Shown here: positions 22,254-33,571 of the stretch, one piece after another
Position numbering within the stretch: the first letter of the stretch is position 1
Layout of the letters: every line of letters begins with the position of its first letter
NCBI GenBank assembly: GCA_963750165.1
Contig: CAVVPN010000012.1
Location: 672,001-736,000, forward strand
Direction of reading: 5' to 3'
DNA length: 64,000 bases
Origin: an uncultured Gemmataceae bacterium
Lineage (GTDB): Bacteria; Planctomycetota; Planctomycetia; Gemmatales; Gemmataceae
Program-made: the position numbers and the translations under genes
The notes under the pieces: generated by a model
What the model saw: the letters and a program-made list of their open reading frames with translations, nothing else
Database searches by the model: none
What the model was told of the DNA's origin: nothing

Positions 22254-23432
22254 TCAACGTTCCGCTGGCGGCAACTCAATCGTGAACGTCGAGCCCTTGC
22301 CCGGCTCACTCGCGACACTGACGCGGCCGCCGTGCATCTCCACGAACGCCTTGGCCACGCTCAGCCCCAGGCCCAGGCCGCGGCGGTCGAACTCGAAGAT
22401 GCCCGACGAGTGCTTCGACACGTCGAAGCGCGTGAAGAACGGGTCGAAGATGCGCGCCAGGCTCGCCGCGTCAATGCCGACGCCCGTGTCCGCAATGCGC
22501 ATCTCCGTGGTGCCGTCCGCCTGCCGCGCCGCCGACAACCGGATGGTGCCGCTGTCCGGCGTGAACTTGATCGCGTTCACCAGTAGCTGGAAAATGCTGT
22601 CGCGCAGCTTGTCCTCCTCCACGAACACACTCAGCGGCGGTTCCGGCGATTCCACCTCCAATCGTTGTTTGCGCTGCTCGATGAACGTGGCCACCTCCAC
22701 CGCGGCGGCGCGCAGCAGTTCGCCCACGTCCACCGGTTGGCAGTTGAGCGGCCGCTCGAAGTGGTCCGCCAGCAGCAGCTTGATCATCAGGTCGATGCGT
22801 TCATTGAGGCGGACGCTGCCGACGTAGATGCGCTCCAGCCAGTGGCCGAGCGGGCTCGGCAGGTCCGGCGTCCGCATCGCCAGGTCCGACATGCCCAGCA
22901 CGATGGTCAGCGGCGTGCGCAGCTCATGGCTGGCCACCTTGATGAAGGCTTTTTTCAGATCGTTGGCCTGCCGCAGTTCCTGGTTGGCGTCCTCCAGCTG
23001 CCGGTTCTTTTCCTGCAACTCCGCCAGCAATCGCTTGCGCTCCGCGAGCAATTCGTGGTGCTCGACGGCCTGGCGCAGCACGGCCAGCAGTTCACGCGGC
23101 TCGAACGGCTTGGTGATGTAGCGATAGACGCTGCCCTGGTTGATGGCGTCGGTGACGGCCTGCAGATCGGCGTAGGCGGTGAACAGCAGGCGGATGGCGT
23201 CGGGGTGGCTCTCACGCAGGCGGCGCAGGAACTCGACGCCGGTCATCTCCGGCATGCGCTGGTCGGTCATGACGACCTGGACCGACTCCCGCTCCATGAT
23301 GCGCAGTCCCTCGGCGGCACGGGTAGCGCCGAGCACATGGTAGTCGTAGCGGAGCAGGTCCTTGACGCTGTCCACCAGGTCCGGCTCGTCATCGACGACC
23401 AGCAGGCACGGTTTTACGAGGTTCTTGGCCAT
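22254..23432 (-). CDS. Hybrid response regulator / histidine kinase (REC-HisKA-HATPase)
   Basis: LVVDDE, TDQRMPEMTG, KPF; SHELRTPL; NAIKFT, DTGVGI, FDPFF, GLGLGLS. Confidence 0.93.
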   Translation of the reverse strand: MAKNLVKPCLLVVDDEPDLVDSVKDLLRYDYHVLGATRAAEGLRIMERESVQVVMTDQRMPEMTGVEFLRRLRESHPDAIRLLFTAYADLQAVTDAINQGSVYRYITKPFEPRELLAVLRQAVEHHELLAERKRLLAELQEKNRQLEDANQELRQANDLKKAFIKVASHELRTPLTIVLGMSDLAMRTPDLPSPLGHWLERIYVGSVRLNERIDLMIKLLLADHFERPLNCQPVDVGELLRAAAVEVATFIEQRKQRLEVESPEPPLSVFVEEDKLRDSIFQLLVNAIKFTPDSGTIRLSAARQADGTTEMRIADTGVGIDAASLARIFDPFFTRFDVSKHSSGIFEFDRRGLGLGLSVAKAFVEMHGGRVSVASEPGKGSTFTIELPPAER

Positions 23433-23456
23433 TGGCTCCCGGCACCCGCGTCCGCC

Positions 23457-23960
23457 TCACTTGGCCTTGGCCAGGCGTTCCTCAAGGAGTTTCAGCGCCG
23501 CGGCCAGACCGTCGTCGAAGCGGTCCTTGCGGAAGTCCGCGGCCATCACGTCGAACAGCTTTTGTCGCACCTCGCCGGCCGGCCCCAGCTTCGCCTGCGG
23601 GGTGACCTCGATGTACAGAAACTTGGGTTCCTTGCAAATCAGCAGGTACACCCCACGCACGACGCAGTGCTCGGCCCGCTCCTTCGCCCACTTGCCGAAG
23701 AACGCCGACCGTTCCTTGGTGTCCATCTCCTTGACCTTATCGATCTGGTCGGCCGGTGGTGTCGGATAGGTTTCGACGAGGACATCCCGCTGGTACTTGC
23801 GGTAGATCTCTCGGATCTGCTGGTTGGCCTTCTTGACGGCCTCGGCGCTGAAGAATTTGCCCTCGTCCTTGATCTCGGGGGCGACCACCGCGGCCGCGGC
23901 GGTCCAGGTGAAGGCCCCCAGCGTTAGCAGCAGCCCCACCCAGCGACAGCGGTACACCAT
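23457..23960 (-). CDS. Exported TPM-domain-like protein
   Basis: MVYRCRW signal peptide after GGAGG; IKDEGKFFS..A...A...I, V.VET, F..WA......GVYLLI, F....FDDGL. Confidence 0.75.
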   Translation of the reverse strand: MVYRCRWVGLLLTLGAFTWTAAAAVVAPEIKDEGKFFSAEAVKKANQQIREIYRKYQRDVLVETYPTPPADQIDKVKEMDTKERSAFFGKWAKERAEHCVVRGVYLLICKEPKFLYIEVTPQAKLGPAGEVRQKLFDVMAADFRKDRFDDGLAAALKLLEERLAKAK

Positions 23961-24067
23961 GACTTCCTCCTTCGCGTTGCGACCTGCACCTGGGCCATTG
24001 AAAAATCGGGCTTCGGCGGGAAGTTGCTGGAAAACAAGTAGCGGCGACTGCAACCGGCCCGACCGCG

Positions 24068-24448
24068 TCAGCGCTGCTGAATGCGGCCGTCGGCGTCCCG
24101 AGGGGCGTCGCGCTCGTCCCAGCGCCGCCGCCATTCCCCGTCCTCCGGGGGGAGATCGCCGGGCAGCGCCGGCAGTGCGGTGCGGTCGGGCAGGCGGTTG
24201 ACGATGGCAAAGCCGGTCAAGGCACCGAACACGGCGCCGATGAGGCCGAGCCCGTACGACATCAGGAACGAAAACTCCCCCACGGCCAGGAAATCGCCCA
24301 CGACGGCGCCAAGAATGACGCCAAGTAGCTCGCAGACGATCCAGAGTACAACAAAAATCGTCACATACCCGGCCGCCGGGTGTCCCTTCTTCTTGCATTT
24401 CTCCGCGAGCTTGCTGCCGAAGGACCAGATCAGGATGATTTCCATCAT
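24068..24448 (-). CDS. Hypothetical membrane protein
   Basis: 126-aa ORF with 2-3 hydrophobic helices; GGAG RBS; co-oriented between rho and the TPM gene. Confidence 0.7.
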   Translation of the reverse strand: MMEIILIWSFGSKLAEKCKKKGHPAAGYVTIFVVLWIVCELLGVILGAVVGDFLAVGEFSFLMSYGLGLIGAVFGALTGFAIVNRLPDRTALPALPGDLPPEDGEWRRRWDERDAPRDADGRIQQR

Positions 24449-24508
24449 GGGCGATCTCCCAGAAAAGACAAGGCGAGCCCTGACCTGTCGGGCCCGCCCT
24501 GAAATTCC

Positions 24509-25909
24509 TCACGACATGTTCATGCTCATCAAAAATTCCGCGTTCGACTTCGTCTTGCGCAGCCGTGTGGTGAGCATCTCCATTGCCTCAACAGGGTGCA
24601 TGTCGCTGAGCACGCGCCGCAGAATGCGGACGCGATCCACCTCGTCCCGGTGCAGCAACAGCTCCTCCTTGCGCGTGCCGCTGCGGTTGATGTCGATGGC
24701 CGGCCAGACGCGCTTGTCCACCAACCGGCGGTCCAGGTGCAGTTCCATGTTGCCGGTGCCCTTGAACTCCTCGAAGATCACCTCATCCATGCGCGAGCCG
24801 GTGTCGATCAGGGCCGTCGCCAGGATGGTCAGGCTGCCGCCCTCCTCCGTGCTGCGGGCCGCCCCGAAGAAACGCTTCGGCTTCTGCATCGCGTTGGTGT
24901 CGAGGCCGCCGGACAGCAATTTGCCGCCGGACGGCGCCTCCGTGTTGTGCGCTCGTGCCAGCCGCGTGATCGAGTCCAGCAAAATCACCACGTCCTGGCC
25001 GTGTTCCACCATGCGCTTGGCCTTCTCCAGCGCGATCTCGCTGACGTGGATGTGCTCCGACGGCGGCTCGTCAAACGTGCTCGCCACCACCTCGGCGGTC
25101 GGCCCGGCGACCGTGCGCACCATGTCCGTCACCTCCTCGGGCCGCTCGTCCACCAGCAGCACGATCAGGTAGGCTTCCGAGTGGTTCTTGATGAGACTGA
25201 GCGCGATCTTCTGCAACAAGATGGTCTTGCCGGCGCGCGGCGGCGACACGATCAGACCACGCTGGCCCTTGCCGATCGGTGTCACCAGGTCCACGACGCG
25301 CATGGCCAGCTCCTCGGCCGACGTCTCCAGCACCAGCCGCTTGTTCGGGTGCAGGGGGGTCAGGTCTTCAAAGCCGGCGGACACCACGCGCTCGTCGGGC
25401 GGATGGCCGTTGACCGCATCGACCTGCATCAGGGCGAAATTCTCCTGGCCCTCCACGGGCAGACGGATCGGCCCCTCGACAATCAGGCCGGTCTTCAGGC
25501 CCAGGCGGCGAATCTGGCTCGGCGAGACGTAAATGTCTTCCGGCGAGGCCAGGTAGTTGTGCGCCACGCTGCGCAGGAAACCGTAGCCGTCGGGCAGCAC
25601 CTCCAGGGTGCCGCTGCCGCGGACCACGACGCCGCGCTCGATCTGGTGGCGCACCACCGCCATGATGAGCTGGCCGCGCGTCATGCCGGTGTGCTCGCCG
25701 ATGCCCTCGCGCTCGGCGTAGGCGAACAGCTTGGGCATCGGCAGCCGATACAGGTCATCCAGTCGCGTGGCCGGGACGCCGGTGCCGCCGGCCGGCGCCG
25801 GAGTGGCCGGGCCACCGGGCGACGGGGTGGCGATGTCGGCGGGTTTACGGATGGGGGTGCGTCTCCGCGCGACGGGTGAGGACCCATCGTCACTGCGGGC
25901 GATGGCCAT
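24509..25909 (-). CDS. rho: Transcription termination factor Rho
   Basis: [74 protein letters not shown]. Confidence 0.98.
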   Translation of the reverse strand: MAIARSDDGSSPVARRRTPIRKPADIATPSPGGPATPAPAGGTGVPATRLDDLYRLPMPKLFAYAEREGIGEHTGMTRGQLIMAVVRHQIERGVVVRGSGTLEVLPDGYGFLRSVAHNYLASPEDIYVSPSQIRRLGLKTGLIVEGPIRLPVEGQENFALMQVDAVNGHPPDERVVSAGFEDLTPLHPNKRLVLETSAEELAMRVVDLVTPIGKGQRGLIVSPPRAGKTILLQKIALSLIKNHSEAYLIVLLVDERPEEVTDMVRTVAGPTAEVVASTFDEPPSEHIHVSEIALEKAKRMVEHGQDVVILLDSITRLARAHNTEAPSGGKLLSGGLDTNAMQKPKRFFGAARSTEEGGSLTILATALIDTGSRMDEVIFEEFKGTGNMELHLDRRLVDKRVWPAIDINRSGTRKEELLLHRDEVDRVRILRRVLSDMHPVEAMEMLTTRLRKTKSNAEFLMSMNMS

Positions 25910-26420
25910 AGGAGTTCCTCCGCTGAATTGCTCTGAACGTCCTGGTGCTGGCGCACGGGGGGCGCTGTGCCACCAGGGGGGACACGGCCAGCGCCGTCGG
26001 GGATGTTCGGTTAAAAATGGTTGCCATTTGGCGATGCGTTTTTACCGCGACCTTCCGGCACCCACGGCGCCGCCCGCCCGCCCGGCGTTCATGGCCGGCT
26101 CGGTACGGTACGACATTCCGCACGGCGCCTGAACACGTCAATTGTCCACACGGGGTTGGTCGCAGAGTGGGCGGCCTATCGAGCCCTGGGCGAGTCCGCG
26201 GTCCTGAGCGTCCCGCGTCCCGGGGCCAAAAACCTGCCGTTTCCCTAAAGGGCTCGTACATCATGAACAACCGCGGCGCCGAAGGGAAGCGCTTTTTCTA
26301 AAATCCGTCGATTTTTTCTCCACCCGTGCGGCGAGTTGTCAGGCCGTGTGCGTTTTCGCTATGATTGCACCAGGCTGGGCGACGGAAACCTCTCGCACTC
26401 TCCTGTTGTGTGAACCCTGC

Positions 26421-28511
<2,091 letters not shown>

Positions 28512-28566
28512 TCCCAACGGGTTTTCGTGTCGGTTTGGGGAAGAAAAAAGTTTGTGTCATTTTTGG

Positions 28567-28595
28567 TTGACAGTGTATCCGCGCGGTGATAGCCT
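28567..28595 (+). promoter_or_regulatory. Sigma70 promoter upstream of the BON-domain gene (about 260-nt leader)
   Basis: TTGACA (28567-28572)-17 nt-TAGCCT (28590-28595), with an A/T-rich stretch upstream. Confidence 0.7.
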
Positions 28596-28860
28596 AACAC
28601 TCAACTTGGCACTGGACGGTGCTAACAATCTCGGAACGCTGACGTTCCCGGACCTGATCCATGGATGGCGAGGTTCCCGGTTGCTCCCGAGCGGTAACCG
28701 GAACTCAGTGCGGGGCAGGTCTTGGCCTCCCCACGCGCACATCGTCATTATCCGCTGCCTCCCCAGTACCATGCCCTACACATCTGCCAGTGACTGGTAC
28801 AGGGTCCGTACGCGCCGGGTGGTTTGTTGTCGCTCTCTCTCCACGGTTGGGACAGTCATC

Positions 28861-29091
28861 ATGAGCGCACCTGTGGTTCCCGAGATCGCCTGGATTCGCG
28901 AAGACCATCTGGAGTCGCTGATGCAGCGCCGCCTGGGCAACCGCATCCGTAATTTGCGGGTGCTCGTGCAGGCGGGTGGCGTCATCCTCCGCGGTCGTAC
29001 CACCACCTATCACGCCAAGCAACTCGCCCAGCACGCCGTCATGGAGCTGTGTAACCTGCCCGTCCTGGCCAACGACATCGACGTGTGCTGA
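28861..29091 (+). CDS. Small single BON-domain-like protein (76 aa)
   Basis: RIRNLRV....GGVILRGRTTTYHAKQLAQHAV......LANDIDV, typical of planctomycete BON proteins. Confidence 0.85.
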   Translation: MSAPVVPEIAWIREDHLESLMQRRLGNRIRNLRVLVQAGGVILRGRTTTYHAKQLAQHAVMELCNLPVLANDIDVC

Positions 29092-29096
29092 CCGGC

Positions 29097-29158
29097 GAGC
29101 GGCGCGGCGTCAGCCCGCCGTGCAGTCCCCGACACGGCGGGCTGACGCCGCGCCGCTC
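29097..29158. repeat. REP-like palindrome between convergent genes (family also at 37223-37306)
   Basis: GAGCGGCGCGGCGTCAGCCCGCCGTG / CACGGCGGGCTGACGCCGCGCCGCTC, 26-bp perfect arms. Confidence 0.85.
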
Positions 29159-29169
29159 ACCACGGACAG

Positions 29170-29889
29170 TTACTCCGCCTTCTCCGCGCGCACGGTCAGT
29201 TCAAAATCGCCCTCCGTCTTCGTCAACGTCGTGGCGATGACGCGGTATTCGCCGTCCTTCTCCGGTCGGAAGACGAGGCGGGCGTTGAGATCGCCGCCGC
29301 TGTCGTCATCCTGCAACACGATTTCCTTGCGGTCGTTTTCGAGATACAGATACGGGTCGAGTTCCGCCTTCTTCACCAGGTCGATGACGTAGAACCGGCC
29401 AGCCTTGAGCTTGATCGGATACGCCTTGAAGTGCGCAGCGCGGCGCGGCTGGTACAGCGGGTCGTCGGCCGTCCACTTGCCCGCGACGTGCAGCAGCGGT
29501 TTCGGCTCCATGACTATCGGCGTGAGTTTCAGCGTGAAGTCCAGCGCCCCTTCGGCGATGGGGTCCAGCACATCCGGCACGACAGCAATACGGTAGTCCT
29601 GACTTTTGCGGACCATCGTGTAAGCGGTGTAGGTGTCTTTCTTTTCGAGATTTTGCAGGTGAAACTGGACGCCGAGCCCAGCGCCGATGGAGAGGCGCGG
29701 CCGGAAGCCCTTGCCCACGGCCTCAACGCGGTAGAGGGTGCCGCCCTCCAGGCGCGCTTTGTACACGCCGGCCCGGACCTTACCCTTCACGTCCAGGCCC
29801 TGCCCGCCACCCTGGGCCGCCGCGACCAGCGCCGCCCCTGCCAGCCCGACCAGGACGCCGCCCAGCACGGTCAATTTCCACAACATCAC
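29170..29889 (-). CDS. Exported protein with PPC (pre-peptidase C-terminal)-like domains
   Basis: Signal peptide; L.AG..Y.IDL....LDPYLYLE.......QDDDSGGDLNARL.F.P..DGEYRVIATT. Confidence 0.8.
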   Translation of the reverse strand: MMLWKLTVLGGVLVGLAGAALVAAAQGGGQGLDVKGKVRAGVYKARLEGGTLYRVEAVGKGFRPRLSIGAGLGVQFHLQNLEKKDTYTAYTMVRKSQDYRIAVVPDVLDPIAEGALDFTLKLTPIVMEPKPLLHVAGKWTADDPLYQPRRAAHFKAYPIKLKAGRFYVIDLVKKAELDPYLYLENDRKEIVLQDDDSGGDLNARLVFRPEKDGEYRVIATTLTKTEGDFELTVRAEKAE

Positions 29890-29917
29890 AACCTCCCCAG
29901 CTCGCCGCTCTGTGGCA

Positions 29918-30385
29918 TCAGAAGTGTTTCCAGAACACGACCATATCGTCGCCGTCGCTGTAGTAGTCGCGCAGCACGGCGCCCTGTTCGTAGCCGTGCT
30001 TGAGATAGAAGCGCCGCGTCAGCTCGTAGTGCGGCAGCGACGAGGTTTCGATGAACAGCACCCGACCGCCGGCGGTGCGGATGTCCTCCTCGGCCCGGTG
30101 CAGCAGCCGTGTGCCGACGCCCTTCGCCTGCGTGTGCCGGGTCACCGCGATCCAGTACAGATACCACGAGCGGTCGGTCATCGCCGCCGGCGCGTAGTAG
30201 GCGAAGCCGATCACCTCGCCGTCTTTCTCGTAGCTGGTGCAGAGGTGGCCGTGAGCGTGGTTGGTGGCGTGGTAGTCGTCGAGGACCTCCTTGAGGGCGT
30301 CGATTTCAATGGTCTTGAAGACATCGGTGCCGTGAGCCAGGGCCAGTAGCACGGGCGTGTCCTCGGGTCGTGTCGGCCGGATCAT
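29918..30385 (-). CDS. GNAT family N-acetyltransferase
   Basis: MIRP start; WYLYWIAV....QAKGVG..LL; IETSS..Y..TRRFY.KHGY. Confidence 0.9.
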   Translation of the reverse strand: MIRPTRPEDTPVLLALAHGTDVFKTIEIDALKEVLDDYHATNHAHGHLCTSYEKDGEVIGFAYYAPAAMTDRSWYLYWIAVTRHTQAKGVGTRLLHRAEEDIRTAGGRVLFIETSSLPHYELTRRFYLKHGYEQGAVLRDYYSDGDDMVVFWKHF

Positions 30386-30498
30386 GGTGGGACCACTCTC
30401 TTGAAAAATGGCGGCGGAAAGGTTGTTGCTGGGCATCGGTTTCGTTCTACCAGAGCCGCGCCGCCGGGGCAACGGACAACGGACGACGGGCCACGGAC

Positions 30499-30543
30499 AA
30501 AAAAAACAGGGGCTTCGCCGCTGGGCGCGACGAGAACCCCTGT
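30499..30543 (-). terminator. Intrinsic terminator
   Basis: Minus strand reads ACAGGGGTTC...GAAGCCCCTGT hairpin ending in a run of 8 T. Confidence 0.8.
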
Positions 30544-30700
30544 CTCGGTGGAGGATGCCGCCCCCGGATGGAGGCCGTGGCCGCAGCGTCACCGAGGAGC
30601 GCTTCGGCAGGAAGGAATGACAAAGGTGGCGCCTTCCAGGCGCAGTTGGGGAGTCGGGCGAGGAAGGGGAGCGAGCGGGGAGGGCGTCGAGTTCACACCT
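30499..30700 (-). ncRNA. Candidate ~200-nt small RNA with multiple CCUCC/CUCCC anti-SD-like motifs
   Basis: Lies between a consensus sigma70 promoter (30707-30735) and an intrinsic terminator; no credible ORF. Confidence 0.55.
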
Positions 30701-30706
30701 TGTACA

Positions 30707-30735
30707 AGGCTAGGTCGCAAACCGCGGCCTGTCAA
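30707..30735 (-). promoter_or_regulatory. Sigma70 promoter (minus strand)
   Basis: TTGACA (30735-30730)-17 nt-TAGCCT (30712-30707). Confidence 0.7.
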
Positions 30736-30770
30736 ACGGCGCGGCGCGGGGCGGCGCTGGCCGGCGCCGG

Positions 30771-30923
30771 TCAGCGGGCCTGGTTGGCCATGACCCAGAG
30801 CATGTAGGCGATGCGCTCGCGCAGGGTTTGTTCCCGTTTGACCCGGTCGGTGGCGTAGGCGCGCCACATGTAAAAGATGCTGGCCACGGCGAGCGCAGCG
30901 ATGGAGCAATTGACCAAGTGCAT
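30771..30923 (-). CDS. 50-aa small membrane protein (MHLVNCSIAALAVASIFYMWRAY...LRERIAYMLWVMANQAR)
   Basis: GAAGGA RBS; N-terminal TM helix; LRER.AYMLWVMA motif resembles a small planctomycete protein family. Confidence 0.7.
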   Translation of the reverse strand: MHLVNCSIAALAVASIFYMWRAYATDRVKREQTLRERIAYMLWVMANQAR

Positions 30924-31139
30924 GACACACGATCCTTCCGACGGGTTGCAGGGAAACTGAGCCGATGACAAAACCTAGCTCACGCCGTCAACCCAGGCAA
31001 CTGCCCAGGTGTGTTGATTTCCGCAAAAAAACCAGGGCCGAGCCGGTTGCTGGCCGGGCGGCGCCGCGGCCGTTAGCATGAGGAGGCCGGGGCCGCCGCG
31101 CGCGGGGCGACGCGGGCCGGCGGACGGGGGCGGCGATTC

Positions 31140-31613
31140 ATGCTCGAACAGCGCGGCCTGGTGCTGGGGGCCTGGACGGGGGACGAACCGCGTGAGCGGC
31201 CGGTCCTCAACGCCGACAGCGGCGAACCGCTCGGCTTCGTCCGCGCCCACGGCGGCCGCGGCTGGTGGCGCTGGCTGGGCGGCCAGACGTTCCAGGTGTT
31301 CGAGACGGAGGACGCCTCGCTGCTGTTGACGCTGTACCGCCCGGCGGGCTGGCTGCGGGCGTGGCAGCTGGACGACGCCGACAACCGCGCCGTGGCGACC
31401 ATCCGCGGCGTGACGCTGCGCGACGCCAACGGCTACTGCCTGGCGGTCGCCGAGAGCCGCGCCGACGGCGGCGTGCGTTACGTGAGTCCGCGCGGCGTTG
31501 CGGTGGGGGCGTGGTCGCGGACGGCGGCCGGCGTCTGTCTGACGTTCAGCCCGGAAGCGACGAACCCGTTCCTGCGCATGACGCTGCTGGCGGCAACGCT
31601 GGTGCTGGCGTGA
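31140..31613 (+). CDS. Hypothetical protein (LURP/scramblase-like beta fold)
   Basis: ILD..SGEPLGFVR...W.RW....F.VFETEDASLL.TL.R pattern; coding-like codon usage. Confidence 0.65.
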   Translation: MLEQRGLVLGAWTGDEPRERPVLNADSGEPLGFVRAHGGRGWWRWLGGQTFQVFETEDASLLLTLYRPAGWLRAWQLDDADNRAVATIRGVTLRDANGYCLAVAESRADGGVRYVSPRGVAVGAWSRTAAGVCLTFSPEATNPFLRMTLLAATLVLA

Positions 31614-31620
31614 ACCATAT

Positions 31621-31690
31621 GATCCACAGATGACACAGATAAAAGACAAAAATCAATTCTTCTGTCTTTTATCTGTGTCATCTGTGGATC
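31621..31690. repeat. CACAGAT-type palindrome between convergent genes (related to 50342-50428)
   Basis: GATCCACAGATGACACAGATAAAAGACA / TGTCTTTTATCTGTGTCATCTGTGGATC perfect arms. Confidence 0.85.
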
Positions 31691-31697
31691 GTATGCG

Positions 31698-32210
31698 TTA
31701 CTGGTGGTTGTTGCGTTCCCGGACGCGGTTCAGCAGCGTCTCCTTGACCTCCGGCGGCACGAACTTATCGACCTCGCCGCCGAGCTGGGCGATCTGCCGC
31801 AGCAGTGTGCCGCTGATGTGCGAGTACGTCTCCTTGGCCATCAGGAAGACGGTCTCAATGCCGGGGTCCAGGGCCAGGTTGGTCAGCGACATGGTGAACT
31901 CGTACTCCATGTCGCTGGTGGTGCGCAGGCCGCGGAGCATGATACCGGAGCCCCAGCGACGCACGAAATGCACCGCCAGACCCTCGAAGGGGCGCACTTC
32001 AACGTTGTCCAGCGGCGCCACCACACGCTCCAGCATGGCGCAGCGCTCGTCCAGTGAAAAGAACGTCGCTTTCTCGGGGTTGATGCCGACGCCGACAATC
32101 AGGCGCTCGAAGATGCGACTGCCGCGGCGGATCACGTCCAGATGCCCCAGGTGGACCGGGTCGAACACGCCCGTGTACACCGCGATGTCGTGGCCCAGCA
32201 TGACAGGCAT
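31698..32210 (-). CDS. coaD: Phosphopantetheine adenylyltransferase
   Basis: AVYTGVFDPVHLGHLDVI, NPEK, RGLRTTSDMEYE, IETVFL, ISGT. Confidence 0.96.
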   Translation of the reverse strand: MPVMLGHDIAVYTGVFDPVHLGHLDVIRRGSRIFERLIVGVGINPEKATFFSLDERCAMLERVVAPLDNVEVRPFEGLAVHFVRRWGSGIMLRGLRTTSDMEYEFTMSLTNLALDPGIETVFLMAKETYSHISGTLLRQIAQLGGEVDKFVPPEVKETLLNRVRERNNHQ

Positions 32211-32222
32211 AACGTGTCTCCC

Positions 32223-33353
32223 TTATCCTGATAGAACCTGCACGAGCCTATCGATCTCCTCCGCCGTGTTGTACGCATGAGGGCTGATGCGCAGCCGGCC
32301 GGCGCGGCGGTTGACGATGACGCCCGCCTGGCGACAACGCTTCACCAGCTGCCGCACCTGCTCCGTGCCGCCCGGCGCCGCCAGCGACACAATGCCGGAA
32401 CGCTCGCCAGGACTGCGACTGCTGAACACGCTCAACGCGGTGGTCTGTACCTTATCGCACAGGTAGTCCGTTAATTCCAGTAGCCGCTGCTCCAGCGCCG
32501 CGACGCCGACGCGCAACAGTAGCTCAAGGCTCGCGCCCAGCGCGGTGATGCCGGCGACGTTCAGGGTGCCGCTCTCCCAGCGGCCGGCGTGCGGCTTCAG
32601 CGTGAAATCGATCTGCGAAAAGTCCGTGGCGCCGACGACGCTGTTCCAGCCGATGCCGACCGGTTGCAGCACGTCGATCAGTTCGCGGCGGACGTAGAAC
32701 AGGCCGGCGCCCTCCGGCCCCAGCAGCCATTTGTGGCCGTCCGCGGCGAGGAAGTCGATGGGGGTGCGGCGCACGTCCAGCGGCAACACGCCCAGGCCCT
32801 GGATGGCGTCCACGAAGAAATGGACGCCGCGTTCACGGCACAGGGCGCCGAGCGTGTCCAGGTCGTTGCGGAAGCCCGTGGCGAACTCGACGAAACTCAG
32901 GCTGACGATGCGCGTGTGGTCGTCGATGGCGGCGCGCACGTCGTCGATGCGGAGGCGGCCGTCGCGGCTGGCGACGGGGCGCTCCGTGACGCCGCGGCGG
33001 GCCAGGTTCAGCCACGGATAGCGGTTGGCGGGGTACTCGTCCGCGGCGGTGACGACGTTGTCGCCGGGCCGCCACGGATAGCCCTCCGCGACGATGCCGA
33101 TGCCCTCGCTGGTGTTCTTGACGAAGGCAATGTCGAGCGGATCGGCGTTCAGCAGCCGGGCGGCCAGTTCGCGCACTTCCTGGACGCGGGCGTTCCAGCG
33201 CGGCTCGTTGACGACGCCGTGCTCGGCGACATCGGTCGCCCAGGTGGTCATGGCCTCGACGGCGGTGCGCGGCAGCGGGGCGACGGCGGCGTGATCGAAG
33301 AAGGCCCAGTGCCGCGTTACCGGCATCTGGGCACGCAGGGCTTGCCAGTCCAT
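32223..33353 (-). CDS. Aminotransferase class V (cysteine desulfurase/selenocysteine lyase-like)
   Basis: FDHAAVAP, NTSEG, EYPAN, VDAIQ.LG, DGHKWLLGPEG, ESGT, RISPH.YN. Confidence 0.92.
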   Translation of the reverse strand: MDWQALRAQMPVTRHWAFFDHAAVAPLPRTAVEAMTTWATDVAEHGVVNEPRWNARVQEVRELAARLLNADPLDIAFVKNTSEGIGIVAEGYPWRPGDNVVTAADEYPANRYPWLNLARRGVTERPVASRDGRLRIDDVRAAIDDHTRIVSLSFVEFATGFRNDLDTLGALCRERGVHFFVDAIQGLGVLPLDVRRTPIDFLAADGHKWLLGPEGAGLFYVRRELIDVLQPVGIGWNSVVGATDFSQIDFTLKPHAGRWESGTLNVAGITALGASLELLLRVGVAALEQRLLELTDYLCDKVQTTALSVFSSRSPGERSGIVSLAAPGGTEQVRQLVKRCRQAGVIVNRRAGRLRISPHAYNTAEEIDRLVQVLSG

Positions 33354-33571
33354 GAAGTGGTTCCCGGTCAGGTGGTTTGGGGAGCGGCTTCCAGGGCCGT
33401 CAAAAAATGTGTCACCATCCCGCGCGCCTCCGCACTGTCCGAAAGCGCTACGGGCGGCGCTTGCCCGGACAGATGTGTATTTCCCCAGTGGTTGGATTAT
33501 ACAGGCCCACACCCAGGTCGTTTGCGTTCAGGGCGAACGCTTGCGCAGCGCGTCCAGCTCCTGGGCGGGGA

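Noticed and set aside
23457..24512. Extended ORF-track starts (e.g. 24512, 28300, 30592, 33512, 38852, 9403, 26346)
   Set aside because: The extensions run through other genes or palindromes; internal starts with RBS or family-typical N-termini were used instead
30499..30700. CsrB-like plus-strand RNA (many GGA motifs)
   Set aside because: The promoter and the U-tailed terminator are both on the minus strand, so the transcript would carry the complementary CCUCC motifs
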